Assembly: GCA_964482215.1 (NCBI GenBank)
Contig: CAYZWO010000004.1
Coordinates: 52,270 to 84,269, forward strand
Origin: an uncultured bacterium
Lineage (GTDB): Bacteria; Cyanobacteriota; Cyanobacteriia; Cyanobacteriales; Microcystaceae
DNA length: 32,000 nt
Direction: 5' to 3'
The position numbers and the translations under genes were made by a program. The notes beneath the pieces were generated by a model. The model did not search any database. It was given only the letters and a program-made list of their open reading frames with translations, and was not told the DNA's origin. Numbering within the stretch: position 1 is the first letter of the stretch; each line of letters starts with the position of its first letter. Positions 16,295 to 25,972 of this stretch are shown piece after piece.

Positions 16295-17989
16295 ATGGGA
16301 ATTATGATAGAGCCTTTACCCATCGAACTGGTTAACTTAATTGCGGCAGGAGAAGTGATTGATTCATTGGTCGCAGTGGTGCGGGAGTTGGTCGAAAACG
16401 CGATCGATGCGGGAGCCAGTCGGTTAATGATTCGTCTGAATCCTGATCAGGCTTGGGTTCAAGTAACAGATAACGGTCAGGGCATGACTTTAGACGATTT
16501 AAAAACCTGTGCCTTACCCCATACCACGAGTAAAATTAGTCAACGTCAGCATTTAGAGCAAATTACCAGTTTAGGATTTCGGGGGGAAGCTCTCCACAGT
16601 TTAAGTCAGGTGGCAGAATTAGAAATCGCGAGTCGTTCAGCCAATTTAACTGATAGTACAGGCTGGAAAGTTCGTTACCGCTGTGATGGTCAACCCCTAG
16701 AACCCATCAATGTCGCGATCGCCGTTGGAACCATTGTCACCGTTAACCAATTATTTCAAAACTTACCGCAACGCCGTTTAGGATTGCCCCCCTTATCGCA
16801 ACAATTAAAGGTCATTCAACTCTATCTGCAAACGATGGCCCTGTGTCATCCCCAAATTACCTGGCAAGTCTGGCACAAGGAGCAACTCTGGTTGAGCATT
16901 AGCCCTAGCCAAGGCCCCCAGCAAACCTTTCCACAAATCCTGAAAACAATTAAGTTTAGTGATTTACAAGCTTTCAGCGTAGAAATTGCCCCCCCAACTG
17001 AACCGAGTTCCACCGCAAAACTCAATTTAGTCATCGGCTTACCCGATCGCTGCCATCGTCGTCGTCCTGATTGGGTTAAAGTTGCCGTTAATCAACGCCC
17101 TGTTAAGTTACCTGAGCTAGAACAGAGTATTATTACCGCCTTTCATCGCACTCTTCCCCGCGATCGCTTTCCTGTGTGTTTTCTTCATCTGCAAGTCTGT
17201 CCGAGCCAAATTGACTGGAACCGAAATCCTGCCAAGACTGAAATTTATCTGCATTCTCTCCCGTTTTGGCAAACCCAGATTTCCCAAGCCATCGAGCAAG
17301 CCTTACGCTTAAATAGCGACAGTTTAGCCTCAGCCCATCACCATCAACGAGTGACCCAAGTGCTCAAAGCCGCCGAAGCCACAAGCACCTATCAAGTTAA
17401 TCCCCTCACGGTTTCCCCCACCCTATCGCCCCTTAGCCAAATTGCCCTCATGCCCTTAAAAGCCGTTGCTCAGGTCAATAAAACCTATATTGTGGCGGAA
17501 CATGATGCAGGTGTTTGGCTCATTGAACAGCATATTGCCCATGAGCGCGTTTTATACGAACAATTGCAAGATCACTGGCAACTGGTTTCCCTAGATAAAC
17601 CGATTATTCTCAATAATCTCAGTATCAATCAAGTGGAGCAATTGCAGGAATTAGGGCTAGAAATTGAATCTTTTGGGGAACAGGTCTGGGCCGTTCGCAA
17701 CGCGCCGAAGTTATTAGCTGACCGTGATGACTGTTTAGATGCCTTAATTGAACTCAGTTTAGGGGGAGATTTGCCCGCTGCTCAAGCCGCCACCGCCTGT
17801 CGAACTGCGATTCGTAATGGTACAGATTTGACCCTAATAGAAATGCAAACCCTGTTGGATCAATGGAAGGTTACGCGCCATCCTCAAACCTGCCCCCACG
17901 GTCGGCCCATTTATTTATCCTTAGAGGAATCTTCATTAGCCCGCTTTTTCCGTCGTCATTGGGTCATTGGCAAAAGTCATGGCATTTGA
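16295..17989 (+). CDS. mutL: DNA mismatch repair endonuclease MutL
   Basis: N-terminal GHKL ATPase motifs (LIAAGEV, ELVENAIDAG, DNGQGM). C-terminal endonuclease motif EQHIAHERVLYE (a DQHA..E....E variant) and the CPHGRP Zn motif. The start is ATG at 16295 or 16304. The track ORF start at 16241 lies inside the repeat. Confidence 0.9.
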   Translation: MGIMIEPLPIELVNLIAAGEVIDSLVAVVRELVENAIDAGASRLMIRLNPDQAWVQVTDNGQGMTLDDLKTCALPHTTSKISQRQHLEQITSLGFRGEALHSLSQVAELEIASRSANLTDSTGWKVRYRCDGQPLEPINVAIAVGTIVTVNQLFQNLPQRRLGLPPLSQQLKVIQLYLQTMALCHPQITWQVWHKEQLWLSISPSQGPQQTFPQILKTIKFSDLQAFSVEIAPPTEPSSTAKLNLVIGLPDRCHRRRPDWVKVAVNQRPVKLPELEQSIITAFHRTLPRDRFPVCFLHLQVCPSQIDWNRNPAKTEIYLHSLPFWQTQISQAIEQALRLNSDSLASAHHHQRVTQVLKAAEATSTYQVNPLTVSPTLSPLSQIALMPLKAVAQVNKTYIVAEHDAGVWLIEQHIAHERVLYEQLQDHWQLVSLDKPIILNNLSINQVEQLQELGLEIESFGEQVWAVRNAPKLLADRDDCLDALIELSLGGDLPAAQAATACRTAIRNGTDLTLIEMQTLLDQWKVTRHPQTCPHGRPIYLSLEESSLARFFRRHWVIGKSHGI

Positions 17990-18091
17990 GTCTTATGGAT
18001 GAGATTCAGCGATCGCGTGAAAGATACCGTTATGATAAAAATACCTGTCCCATTAAGCGATTTGGGCTTTTTAATAATTACTTGAGTTCTA

Positions 18092-19075
18092 ATGTCTGTT
18101 GTTTTAGTTGAAAATTTAAGTAAAATTTATCCAGTTGCGGTGAAATCGCCTGGCCTCAAAGGAACCTTAACCCACTTTTTCCAGCGTACCTATCGGGAAG
18201 TAAAAGCCGTTCAGGATATTTCCTTTTCTATTGAAGAAGGGGAAGTGGTCGGTTTTTTAGGGCCCAATGGAGCGGGCAAAACGACGACACTGAAAATGTT
18301 GACGGGGTTGATCCACCCCTCCCACGGATTGGTAAAAGTAGCGGGTTATGTTCCCTTTCGTCGTCAACCCCAATTTTTGCAAAAAGCCAGTCTGGTCATG
18401 GGGCAAAAACAACAATTAATCTGGGATTTACCCGCGTTAGACTCTCTACGGATCAATGCAGCCGTTTACAAAATTCCCCAAAATATTTTTGAGCAGCGGC
18501 TGAACGAATTAGCGGAAATGCTGTCTCTACAAAAAAAATTAACCCAACCTGTGCGGAAATTATCCCTGGGTGAACGGATGAAGGCGGAATTGCTGGCTGC
18601 CCTCTTGCACCATCCCCAGGTGTTATTTTTGGATGAACCCACGTTAGGTTTGGATGTCAATGCTCAAGTGGCAGTGCGGGATTTCTTGCGGGAATACAAT
18701 CAACGCTATCAGGCAACAATTTTATTAACCAGTCACTATATGGCGGATATTACGGCACTATGTAAGCGGGTTTTATTAATTCACCAAGGTCAGCTTTTCT
18801 ATGATGGCAAGTTAGAAGATCTGCTCGCACGATTCACACCCTATCGAGAAGTTAAAGTTGAATTTGCCAGTTGTATTAATCCTGAAAAGTTAAAGGAATT
18901 TGCAGAAATTGAATCGATTGATGGTCAAGAAGTCCGCTTTTTAGTCAAACGGGAAGATCTAACCAGTACCGTTTCTCGTATTCTGGCGCAATTAGAGGTG
19001 ATTGATCTCAGTGTAAATGATCCCCCCATTGAAGAAGTCATTGGTCGTCTTTTTCAAACAGGAGTCGCCAGTTAG
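18092..19075 (+). CDS. ABC transporter ATP-binding protein (ABC-2/CcmA-like), no adjacent permease
   Basis: Walker A GPNGAGKTT, signature LSLGERMK, Walker B VLFLDEPT, plus a ~90-aa C-terminal accessory domain. Confidence 0.85.
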   Translation: MSVVLVENLSKIYPVAVKSPGLKGTLTHFFQRTYREVKAVQDISFSIEEGEVVGFLGPNGAGKTTTLKMLTGLIHPSHGLVKVAGYVPFRRQPQFLQKASLVMGQKQQLIWDLPALDSLRINAAVYKIPQNIFEQRLNELAEMLSLQKKLTQPVRKLSLGERMKAELLAALLHHPQVLFLDEPTLGLDVNAQVAVRDFLREYNQRYQATILLTSHYMADITALCKRVLLIHQGQLFYDGKLEDLLARFTPYREVKVEFASCINPEKLKEFAEIESIDGQEVRFLVKREDLTSTVSRILAQLEVIDLSVNDPPIEEVIGRLFQTGVAS

Positions 19076-19122
19076 GGTTTAACCTTATTCCGTTCAAGCG
19101 TTACTGAAAAAATCATCGGGGA

Positions 19123-19929
19123 TCACTTATTTTTGCCAAATTCCTGAGATCGTCGGTAGGCTGCCCGCACAGCTTCAATCATGGCAGAGCGAACGCCCAT
19201 TTTTTCTAGAGTCGCAACGCCCATAATGGTTGTCCCGCCTGGGCTAGTGACTTGATCCTTGAGTTCCGCAGGATGTATCCCCGTCTCTTTTAATAATTGG
19301 GCAGTTCCTAAAACGGTTTGTAAGGCTAATTGATAAGCGATCGCTCTCGGTAATCCTGAAGCCACGCCACCATCAGCCAATCCTTCGATGATCATCGCTA
19401 CATAGGCAGGCCCTGAACCCGATAAACCCGTTACCGCATCCATTAAAGATTCAGGGATTTCAACCACTTGTCCGACTGCCGAAAAAATGGACTTGGCAAG
19501 ATCCATGTGGTTTATATCAACTAGTTTCCCAGACGCGATCGCCGTAATCCCAGCCCCAACCGTTGCGGGAGTATTGGGCATCACCCGAATCACAGGATGA
19601 TCGGGGAACGCAAATTCTAAACGACTAATGGGAATCCCTGCTAATACCGAAATGACCAACGGCTTTAACTGTCCGCCTGCTAATCCTGCTACGACTCGTT
19701 CTAGGGCTTGGGGTTTAACGGCTAACAATAAAACCTGAGACGCATTGGCCGCTTCCTGATTATCTTCTGTTACCTGTACCCCATAGGTTTTGCGTAACCA
19801 TTCCCGACGAGAAGTTTGGGGATCACTCACTAAGACATCACTTGCTGCATATAATTTTTGTTGCAATAAGCGGGACAGAATCGCTTCTGCCATGACACCG
19901 CCGCCAATAATTCCGAGTTGAACAGACAT
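19123..19929 (-). CDS. proC: Pyrroline-5-carboxylate reductase
   Basis: 268 aa. N-terminal Rossmann GIIGGGVMAEA and the C-terminal dimerisation domain with VTSPGGTT. Confidence 0.92.
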   Translation of the reverse strand: MSVQLGIIGGGVMAEAILSRLLQQKLYAASDVLVSDPQTSRREWLRKTYGVQVTEDNQEAANASQVLLLAVKPQALERVVAGLAGGQLKPLVISVLAGIPISRLEFAFPDHPVIRVMPNTPATVGAGITAIASGKLVDINHMDLAKSIFSAVGQVVEIPESLMDAVTGLSGSGPAYVAMIIEGLADGGVASGLPRAIAYQLALQTVLGTAQLLKETGIHPAELKDQVTSPGGTTIMGVATLEKMGVRSAMIEAVRAAYRRSQEFGKNK

Positions 19930-20103
19930 AAATTAAAGAATCAATTCACCTTTACCCGATCACTATGATCAATTTTAGAAGGAAGTTTGACCGATGCTCC
20001 CAAATTGCGCCATCCCAATTAATAGAATCAAATAGCCTAAAATTGCGCCTTGAAAGGTAAAAGCGCAACTCTAAGCTGATTTCTGACTCATTACCGTGGA
20101 GAA

Positions 20104-20676
20104 TTATTGAGCTAAACGGCTGGGATCAAGTCCCCAAGCAGGCGCGGTCATAGAACTCCGAGTACCTGTTGCTGCATTTTCAGCAGTATCATGAACGGTT
20201 CCCGATAGAGTGCTAACTTTAACCGAGTTTGGGGTGAATAAGAAAATACTTTCACCAATCCGCTCTTGATGACCGTCAATGGCATAGGTTCCACCCGCAA
20301 CGAAATCTACGGCTCTCTGAGCTTCTTCGGGATCCATGACATTAAGGTTAAGAACAACGGATTTTCTTTCACGTAAGGTTTGAATCACTTGAGGCATTTC
20401 CTCAAAGGAATGTGGCTCAACGACAACAACTTCAGCCACACTATTGCTAATTCCAGGCATTCCAATCACATTATTTCTCGCTGCTGTTCCGATAGCGGGT
20501 TCATTGGTTAAGTTTAAATTGTCTCGACTAGGACGACGGGGTGGGACACTCTCTTCAGGAGCAGGAATTGCTTGAGCTTGAGGCTGTTGCCACTCCATTT
20601 CTTCGTAGTATTCTTCATCGTCTTCGTCGTCGCGTTCGCTGATACCGACAAAATCTTTGATTTTCGTTAAAATCAT
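20104..20676 (-). CDS. sepF: Cell division protein SepF
   Basis: Acidic N-terminus and conserved core [29 protein letters not shown]...[31 protein letters not shown]. Confidence 0.9.
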   Translation of the reverse strand: MILTKIKDFVGISERDDEDDEEYYEEMEWQQPQAQAIPAPEESVPPRRPSRDNLNLTNEPAIGTAARNNVIGMPGISNSVAEVVVVEPHSFEEMPQVIQTLRERKSVVLNLNVMDPEEAQRAVDFVAGGTYAIDGHQERIGESIFLFTPNSVKVSTLSGTVHDTAENAATGTRSSMTAPAWGLDPSRLAQ

Positions 20677-20980
20677 GGCACCTTCCAGTATTCGTTTGGG
20701 TGAGTAATTAAGGTTTGAGAAGGCAGTTATAACATTAAAACTGCAAGGGAAGAGCGATCGCTACTAAGAATTTAAAGCACAAAGGCTCAGAATTTCTATT
20801 GAATCGCCAATGCTGTTTTAGTACTTTTGAACTTAATGGATGGCTGAGTTCGACTCTATTTCAACCATTCGGTTAAAAAGTAGAAACAAATTTTTTCCAT
20901 TAGTCGCTAAAGCACTCAGATAGGTTCCCAAATTTTTTAGGATTTTATTAAATTTTCGATACTTATTCTATAGGATTTAG

Positions 20981-21000
20981 GAAAAAACGCAATAGCGTTC
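20981..21000 (-). terminator. Small candidate Rho-independent terminator downstream of pipY
   Basis: Minus strand: GAACGC-TATT-GCGTT followed by TTTTTCC, about 105 nt after the pipY stop. The stem is short, so this is tentative. Confidence 0.35.
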
Positions 21001-21105
21001 TCCCATTCCTGAGCTCTGTCTTGTACATCTTCATCACCTGAACCCAATCAGTCATTTATACCAAAAATGTTAATATTGAAAATTTTTTATTAATCATCAA
21101 TTCGG

Positions 21106-21762
21106 TTAGGTTAGTTCTCCAAATAACGCTCGACCAAGACGAATCATGGTTGCACCAGCAGAGATGGCCAATAAATAATCATCAGACATTCCCATCGACA
21201 GTTCTGTTAACTTGAGCGAAGATTGTTGTTCTATTTGACGGGCAAGCTTAGCCGTTGCTTGAAAGGCTTCTAAAATTTCGGCTGAGGTTAATCCCAACGG
21301 TAAGATTGTCATTAATCCCTTAATCGCTAGATTTTGGCAGATTTCCAATTCAGGCAAATGGGATAATAATTCCGCAACTTGCCAACCGTACTTATTGGGA
21401 TCGGGCAACATCTTAACCTGCAAGCAGACTTTGGGGGAAAGAGGTAAATCTGCCGCTAAGCGATCCAATCGTTGTAACAAGGCTAGGTTATCAACTGAAT
21501 GAATCCATTGAAAATGTTCTAAGGTTTTTTTGGCTTTATTGGTTTGTAAATGTCCGATGAAGTGCCAGCAAATATCGGGGAGATCGGCTAGTTCTTCTTG
21601 TTTGGCTAAGGCTTCTTGAAGGCGATTTTCTCCAAAATCTCTGATCCCTGCTGCGTAAGCTTCCCGTATTTTAGCAACAGATACTTGTTTACTAATCGCA
21701 ATTAAACGAACAGATGATGGAGTTTCTTGATGAATTAATTCAATGCGCTGAGCAATGGACAT
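21106..21762 (-). CDS. pipY: PLP-binding protein of the YggS/PLPBP family (PipY)
   Basis: 218 aa. LIAISKQ (PLP lysine context), FGENRLQE, HFIGHLQTNK, SMGMS.D. Located directly downstream of pipX, as in other cyanobacteria. Confidence 0.88.
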   Translation of the reverse strand: MSIAQRIELIHQETPSSVRLIAISKQVSVAKIREAYAAGIRDFGENRLQEALAKQEELADLPDICWHFIGHLQTNKAKKTLEHFQWIHSVDNLALLQRLDRLAADLPLSPKVCLQVKMLPDPNKYGWQVAELLSHLPELEICQNLAIKGLMTILPLGLTSAEILEAFQATAKLARQIEQQSSLKLTELSMGMSDDYLLAISAGATMIRLGRALFGELT

Positions 21763-21836
21763 AAAGCAGGAACTGAAATTTGATCTCCAGAGTTTTGAGT
21801 AAATTAAGCGGGAATAGCCTTTTATTGTGAATTTAT

Positions 21837-22106
21837 TTACTGAAACGTTTGCTGATAAAGTTGCTGTAATGATTGAAAACTGGTATTGTCTCCCATACGC
21901 CGTAAATGGCGGAGGCGATTTTCGACTAAAAGTTTAGCATCAGCGCGCGTGATCGGCTCAAAGCTCGTTTTATTCGCGGTGGTTGCGACCAAGAAAAATA
22001 AACGCTGAGCATAGAGAGTCGTAAAAATTTCTTGGTTTTCTTCTAAAAGACAGACACGGTACAATAATCCAAATGTAGGGTGATTGAGATAGATTTCTTT
22101 ATTCAT
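21837..22106 (-). CDS. pipX: PII-interacting protein X
   Basis: 89 aa. YLNHPTFGLLYRVC...TLYAQRLFFLV...EP..R.DA..LVENRLR.LRR matches PipX closely. Confidence 0.92.
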   Translation of the reverse strand: MNKEIYLNHPTFGLLYRVCLLEENQEIFTTLYAQRLFFLVATTANKTSFEPITRADAKLLVENRLRHLRRMGDNTSFQSLQQLYQQTFQ

Positions 22107-22336
22107 TTAACGTTGACGGATAAAGAGCATCCCTAAAGAAAATAACCATTATTTAAGCAAGATGTTATGTCATTTTACCTTGTTTAGGTGTCATGGCTCT
22201 GAAGTCTATTAAGATAACTCTATAATCAAGAGCTTTATTATTCTATTCTTTCAGCTTTAAATAAACATGGATCGAGTCAGCGATCGCGGGTCTTTATGGG
22301 TTAGATTGGGAAAATCCATAGAAGTAATCAATAGGC

Positions 22337-23443
22337 ATGACTGAAGCAATACCGACAGAAATTCCGCTACAGTCGCTACAATCGGGGCAATGGGTCAAGC
22401 TGATTTGTGGAGCGAGTTATCAAGACTTAACAGCAATTCGCAGTCTAGCCTTAATTTATAGTTTAGCGGGGGTTGACTGTATTGATATGGCAGCCGATCA
22501 AGCGGTCGTTACGGCAGCGAAAGAAGGCATTACAGCGGCCCAACAACTATCCACCGAAGCAAAACAACAAGGTTTTCCGAGTTTCCGTTTTCCCTGGCTC
22601 ATGATTAGTCTTAATGACGGGGAAGATCCCCATTTCCGTAAGGCGCAATTTGATGCCAGTCGTTGTCCGATTGATTGCCCCCGTCCCTGTGAATCCGTTT
22701 GCCCTGCCCAAGCCATTGATCACACGGGAGTCATTGATCAGCGATGTTATGGTTGTGGTCGTTGTTTACCGATTTGTCCTTTAGGTTTAATTAGCACCCG
22801 TTCCCATATTGCGACTGCTAACACAATTCAATCCCTATTAGCCTCAGGGGAAATTGATGCTTTAGAACTGCATACTCAAGTGGGCCATGAATCGGAATTT
22901 AAACAACTTTGGCAAGCGATCGCGCCCTGGTGTGACCGATTAAAAATTTTAGCCATTAGTTGCCCTGAAGAAACCAACGTCTTAGACTATCTGCACTATC
23001 TCAACGAGATTATTCAACCCTTGCCCTGCCCGCTAATTTGGCAGACCGATGGCCGCCCTATGAGCGGAGATATCGGCAAAGGAACCACGCACGCGGCGAT
23101 TAGACTAGCCCAAAAAGTTCTCGCGTCTGATTTAACGGGTTATGTCCAACTGGCGGGGGGAACTAATCGCCATACCGTCACAAAATTGAAAGAAATGGGA
23201 TTGTTACAGACTACTCGAAAGTTTCAGGAAAAACGTGGAAATCAACCTTGGGCCGTCTCAGGGATTGCCTACGGTAGTTATGCGCGTTCTTTGGTCTTGC
23301 CCATTTTAGAAGAACTCGAAAATTTTCAGGAAAATTCGTTAGGATCAAGACAACTCGAACATTATCCTACTCTCCTTTGGTCAGCCGTCTCTCTCGCCTA
23401 TTCCGTCGTTTCTGACTTAAAACTGTGTATTGATAATGGGTAG
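22337..23443 (+). CDS. ldpA: LdpA-type iron-sulfur protein (light-dependent period protein A family)
   Basis: WVKLICGAS N-terminus. Two 4Fe-4S motifs, CPIDCPRPCESVCP and CYGCGRCLPICP, followed by a long C-terminal domain. The architecture and motifs match LdpA as I recall it. Confidence 0.7.
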   Translation: MTEAIPTEIPLQSLQSGQWVKLICGASYQDLTAIRSLALIYSLAGVDCIDMAADQAVVTAAKEGITAAQQLSTEAKQQGFPSFRFPWLMISLNDGEDPHFRKAQFDASRCPIDCPRPCESVCPAQAIDHTGVIDQRCYGCGRCLPICPLGLISTRSHIATANTIQSLLASGEIDALELHTQVGHESEFKQLWQAIAPWCDRLKILAISCPEETNVLDYLHYLNEIIQPLPCPLIWQTDGRPMSGDIGKGTTHAAIRLAQKVLASDLTGYVQLAGGTNRHTVTKLKEMGLLQTTRKFQEKRGNQPWAVSGIAYGSYARSLVLPILEELENFQENSLGSRQLEHYPTLLWSAVSLAYSVVSDLKLCIDNG

Positions 23444-23495
23444 ATGATTTTTAACTCTTTCGTTTTCAAAATCGAGTTATTCAATTATTATACGA

Positions 23496-25247
23496 ATGCT
23501 ACCAGCAACGCCTAATTCCCAAGCAATGCAAATTACTGACGATCTCACGCAATTATTGGATATTTTGCCACTTTCGATTCGCACAACCTTAGCACAGCAT
23601 CCCCAACGGAATAAACTGATTGAGGTTGTCATGGATCTAGGGCGATTACCAGAAGCTCGATTTCCTCAAGAAGCGGTTTATTTGGGCGAAACACCGATTT
23701 CTAAAGAAGATTTACGGTTTTCCATCGAACGAGTGGGTTACTTTAGCGGTGATAACCGAGCAGGGATTGAACGTACCTTACATCGGATTAGCGCGATCCG
23801 TAACCGAACTGACGAGATTATAGGGTTAACCTGTCGGGTCGGACGGGCGGTTTTTGGTACGATTTCCATGATTCGGGATCTCGTAGAAACAGGGCAATCC
23901 ATTTTACTGTTAGGTCGCCCAGGGGTCGGTAAAACAACAGCTTTGCGGGAAATTGCGAGAGTTTTAGCCGATGATCTCAATAAACGAGTGGTGATCATTG
24001 ATACCTCGAATGAAATTGCAGGCGATGGCGATATTCCCCATCCCGCGATCGGTCGAGCCAGACGGATGCAGGTTGCCCGACCTGAGTTGCAGCATCAAGT
24101 CATGATCGAAGCGGTTGAAAACCACATGCCTGAAGTCATTGTCATCGATGAAATTGGGACGGAATTAGAAGCCTTAGCAGCCCGAACCATTGCGGAACGG
24201 GGAGTACAGTTAGTCGGTACGGCTCATGGGAACCGTATTGAAAATTTAATTAAAAATCCGACCCTTTCTGACTTAATTGGTGGTATTCAAGCCGTAACCT
24301 TGGGGGATGAAGAAGCACGGCGACGAGGATCACAAAAAACGGTATTAGAACGGAAAGCACCTCCGACTTTCGCGATCGCGGTTGAAATGCTAGAACGTCA
24401 ACGGTGGGTCATCCATGCGGACGTAGCCCAAACAGTAGATATTCTCTTGCGGGGTAAAGAACCCGGCTTTCAGACGCGGTTTGTGGATGAAAACGGAGAA
24501 ATCCAAATTCAACAAGAATCTCCCAAAGCAACCCCGAATCTGGCCCAGTTTGATGGTTTTGGGGGAACCTCTCGGCCAACAGGCTTAAGGGCATCGGGAC
24601 GTATGGCTCCTTTACCGCCATTAAGACCCACTGATCTTGCCGCGCCTGATGAGTCGGATTTTGATCAGCTTCTCGACCAATCCTGGGTACAACCTGAAGC
24701 AGAGACGGAGAAAATTCGCATTCCTGGCCCAAATGGAGAAGATTTACCCGTTTATCTTTATCCCTACGGTCTGGGGCGCAGTCAACTGGAACAAGTGATT
24801 GATGTTCTCAATTTACCGATTGTGCTAACCAAAGATTTACAAAATGCGGATGCGGTTATTGCCCTGCGATCGCACGTTAAATCCCATTCCAAGTTACGTC
24901 ATGCCGCTAAAGGCCGGAACATTCCCATCTACGGGATCAAGTCTAATAATATTCCTCAAATCACCCGTGTTTTACGGCGTTTATTAGGGATGGATGACCC
25001 CAGAAACGTAGAAGGTGTAGATTTACGGCTCTTCTCTCGTAGCGGTAACGATGATGAACTCGAAGGGCTAGAAGAAGCGCGTTTAGCGGTTGAGCAGATT
25101 GTCATTCCCACAGGCCAACCTGTTGAACTCTTACCCCGTTCTCCCAAAGTCCGCAAAATGCAGCATGAACTGGTTGAACATTATCGTCTCCAATCCGATA
25201 GTTTTGGGGAGGAACCGAATCGACGGTTACGGATTTACCCCGCTTAG
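23496..25247 (+). CDS. ycf45: Ycf45-type ATPase with C-terminal R3H domain (SpoIIIAA-like AAA + R3H)
   Basis: DDLTQLLDILP...EVVMDLGRLPEARF N-terminus, Walker A GRPGVGKTT, Walker B VIVIDEIG, and an R3H-like C-terminus (HELVEHYRLQSDSFGEEPNRRLRIYP). The true start may be the internal ATG at 23526 (MQITDDL). Confidence 0.8.
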   Translation: MLPATPNSQAMQITDDLTQLLDILPLSIRTTLAQHPQRNKLIEVVMDLGRLPEARFPQEAVYLGETPISKEDLRFSIERVGYFSGDNRAGIERTLHRISAIRNRTDEIIGLTCRVGRAVFGTISMIRDLVETGQSILLLGRPGVGKTTALREIARVLADDLNKRVVIIDTSNEIAGDGDIPHPAIGRARRMQVARPELQHQVMIEAVENHMPEVIVIDEIGTELEALAARTIAERGVQLVGTAHGNRIENLIKNPTLSDLIGGIQAVTLGDEEARRRGSQKTVLERKAPPTFAIAVEMLERQRWVIHADVAQTVDILLRGKEPGFQTRFVDENGEIQIQQESPKATPNLAQFDGFGGTSRPTGLRASGRMAPLPPLRPTDLAAPDESDFDQLLDQSWVQPEAETEKIRIPGPNGEDLPVYLYPYGLGRSQLEQVIDVLNLPIVLTKDLQNADAVIALRSHVKSHSKLRHAAKGRNIPIYGIKSNNIPQITRVLRRLLGMDDPRNVEGVDLRLFSRSGNDDELEGLEEARLAVEQIVIPTGQPVELLPRSPKVRKMQHELVEHYRLQSDSFGEEPNRRLRIYPA

Positions 25248-25337
25248 TTGTCCTCGTCATCAATCGGTTGGATCAATTAAGATAAAAGTACCTAATACTC
25301 TTTTTTGTGAATGAATTAACGAAAACTTCATTCCCTA

Positions 25338-25865
25338 ATGCTCATGCGTGCTGGCAATAATTTAGCGATCGCCTACTTTCTTTGGTTATTTGGGTTTTTC
25401 GGATTTTGCGGTATTCATCGCTTTTATTTAGGAAAACCCATTACAGGACTATTATGGCTATTTAGTGGGGGCTTGTGTTTTGTTGGGCAATTTATTGATC
25501 TCTTCCTAATCCCTGGAATGGTCAAAGCAGAACAAACCTATAATCCGCCCCTACTACCCAGAGAAAGTAGCTTATTTCCTGTCCAATTTGGTCAACAAAT
25601 CCTAGACAAATTAGAACGATTAGACGATAAATTACAAAATACCTTTTCTCGCTCAAAAAAAGTAGTTGAAACCCCACCTTTTCATCAATTATTAGAAGCC
25701 GCCGCCGCTAATCAAAGAGTATTATCTTTTGCCCAAGCGATGATGGCAACAGGCTTAAATCCCGATCAAGTCGAGCAATTATTGAATGACGGCATGAGGC
25801 GAGGAATTATTCACATTGGTAATGATCCTGAAACAGGGGCTGTTCGTTATTACTTTGATATTTAA
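25338..25865 (+). CDS. TM2 domain-containing membrane protein
   Basis: AYFLWLFGFFGFCGIHRFYLGKPITGLLWLFSGG is the TM2-domain signature. A soluble C-terminal half follows. Confidence 0.75.
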   Translation: MLMRAGNNLAIAYFLWLFGFFGFCGIHRFYLGKPITGLLWLFSGGLCFVGQFIDLFLIPGMVKAEQTYNPPLLPRESSLFPVQFGQQILDKLERLDDKLQNTFSRSKKVVETPPFHQLLEAAAANQRVLSFAQAMMATGLNPDQVEQLLNDGMRRGIIHIGNDPETGAVRYYFDI

Positions 25866-25872
25866 ATGAAAT

Positions 25873-25905
25873 TTATTGGTTTACTTTTTCCCCCTAAACC
25901 AATAA
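25873..25905 (+). terminator. Perfect 11-bp-stem hairpin right after the TM2-gene stop (no U-tract)
   Basis: TTATTGGTTTA - 11-nt loop - TAAACCAATAA. The AT-rich stem is not followed by a T-run, so terminator function is uncertain. Confidence 0.3.
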
Positions 25906-25972
25906 AAATAAGCGACATAACCAATAGCAAGTACCTGTAAAGGCATTAATGCAATGTAATTTTTTAAAATAG

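Noticed and set aside
20846-20856. GAGTTCGACTC, superficially like a tRNA T-arm
   Set aside because: The flanking sequence cannot form a T-stem, acceptor stem or anticodon arm. I found no tRNA cloverleaf anywhere in the window.
25866-25940. 24-codon ORF (MKFIGLLFPPKPIKISDITNSKYL) starting right after the TM2-gene stop
   Set aside because: It is largely the translation of the 11-bp-stem hairpin, has no SD, and nothing suggests it is a real peptide gene.
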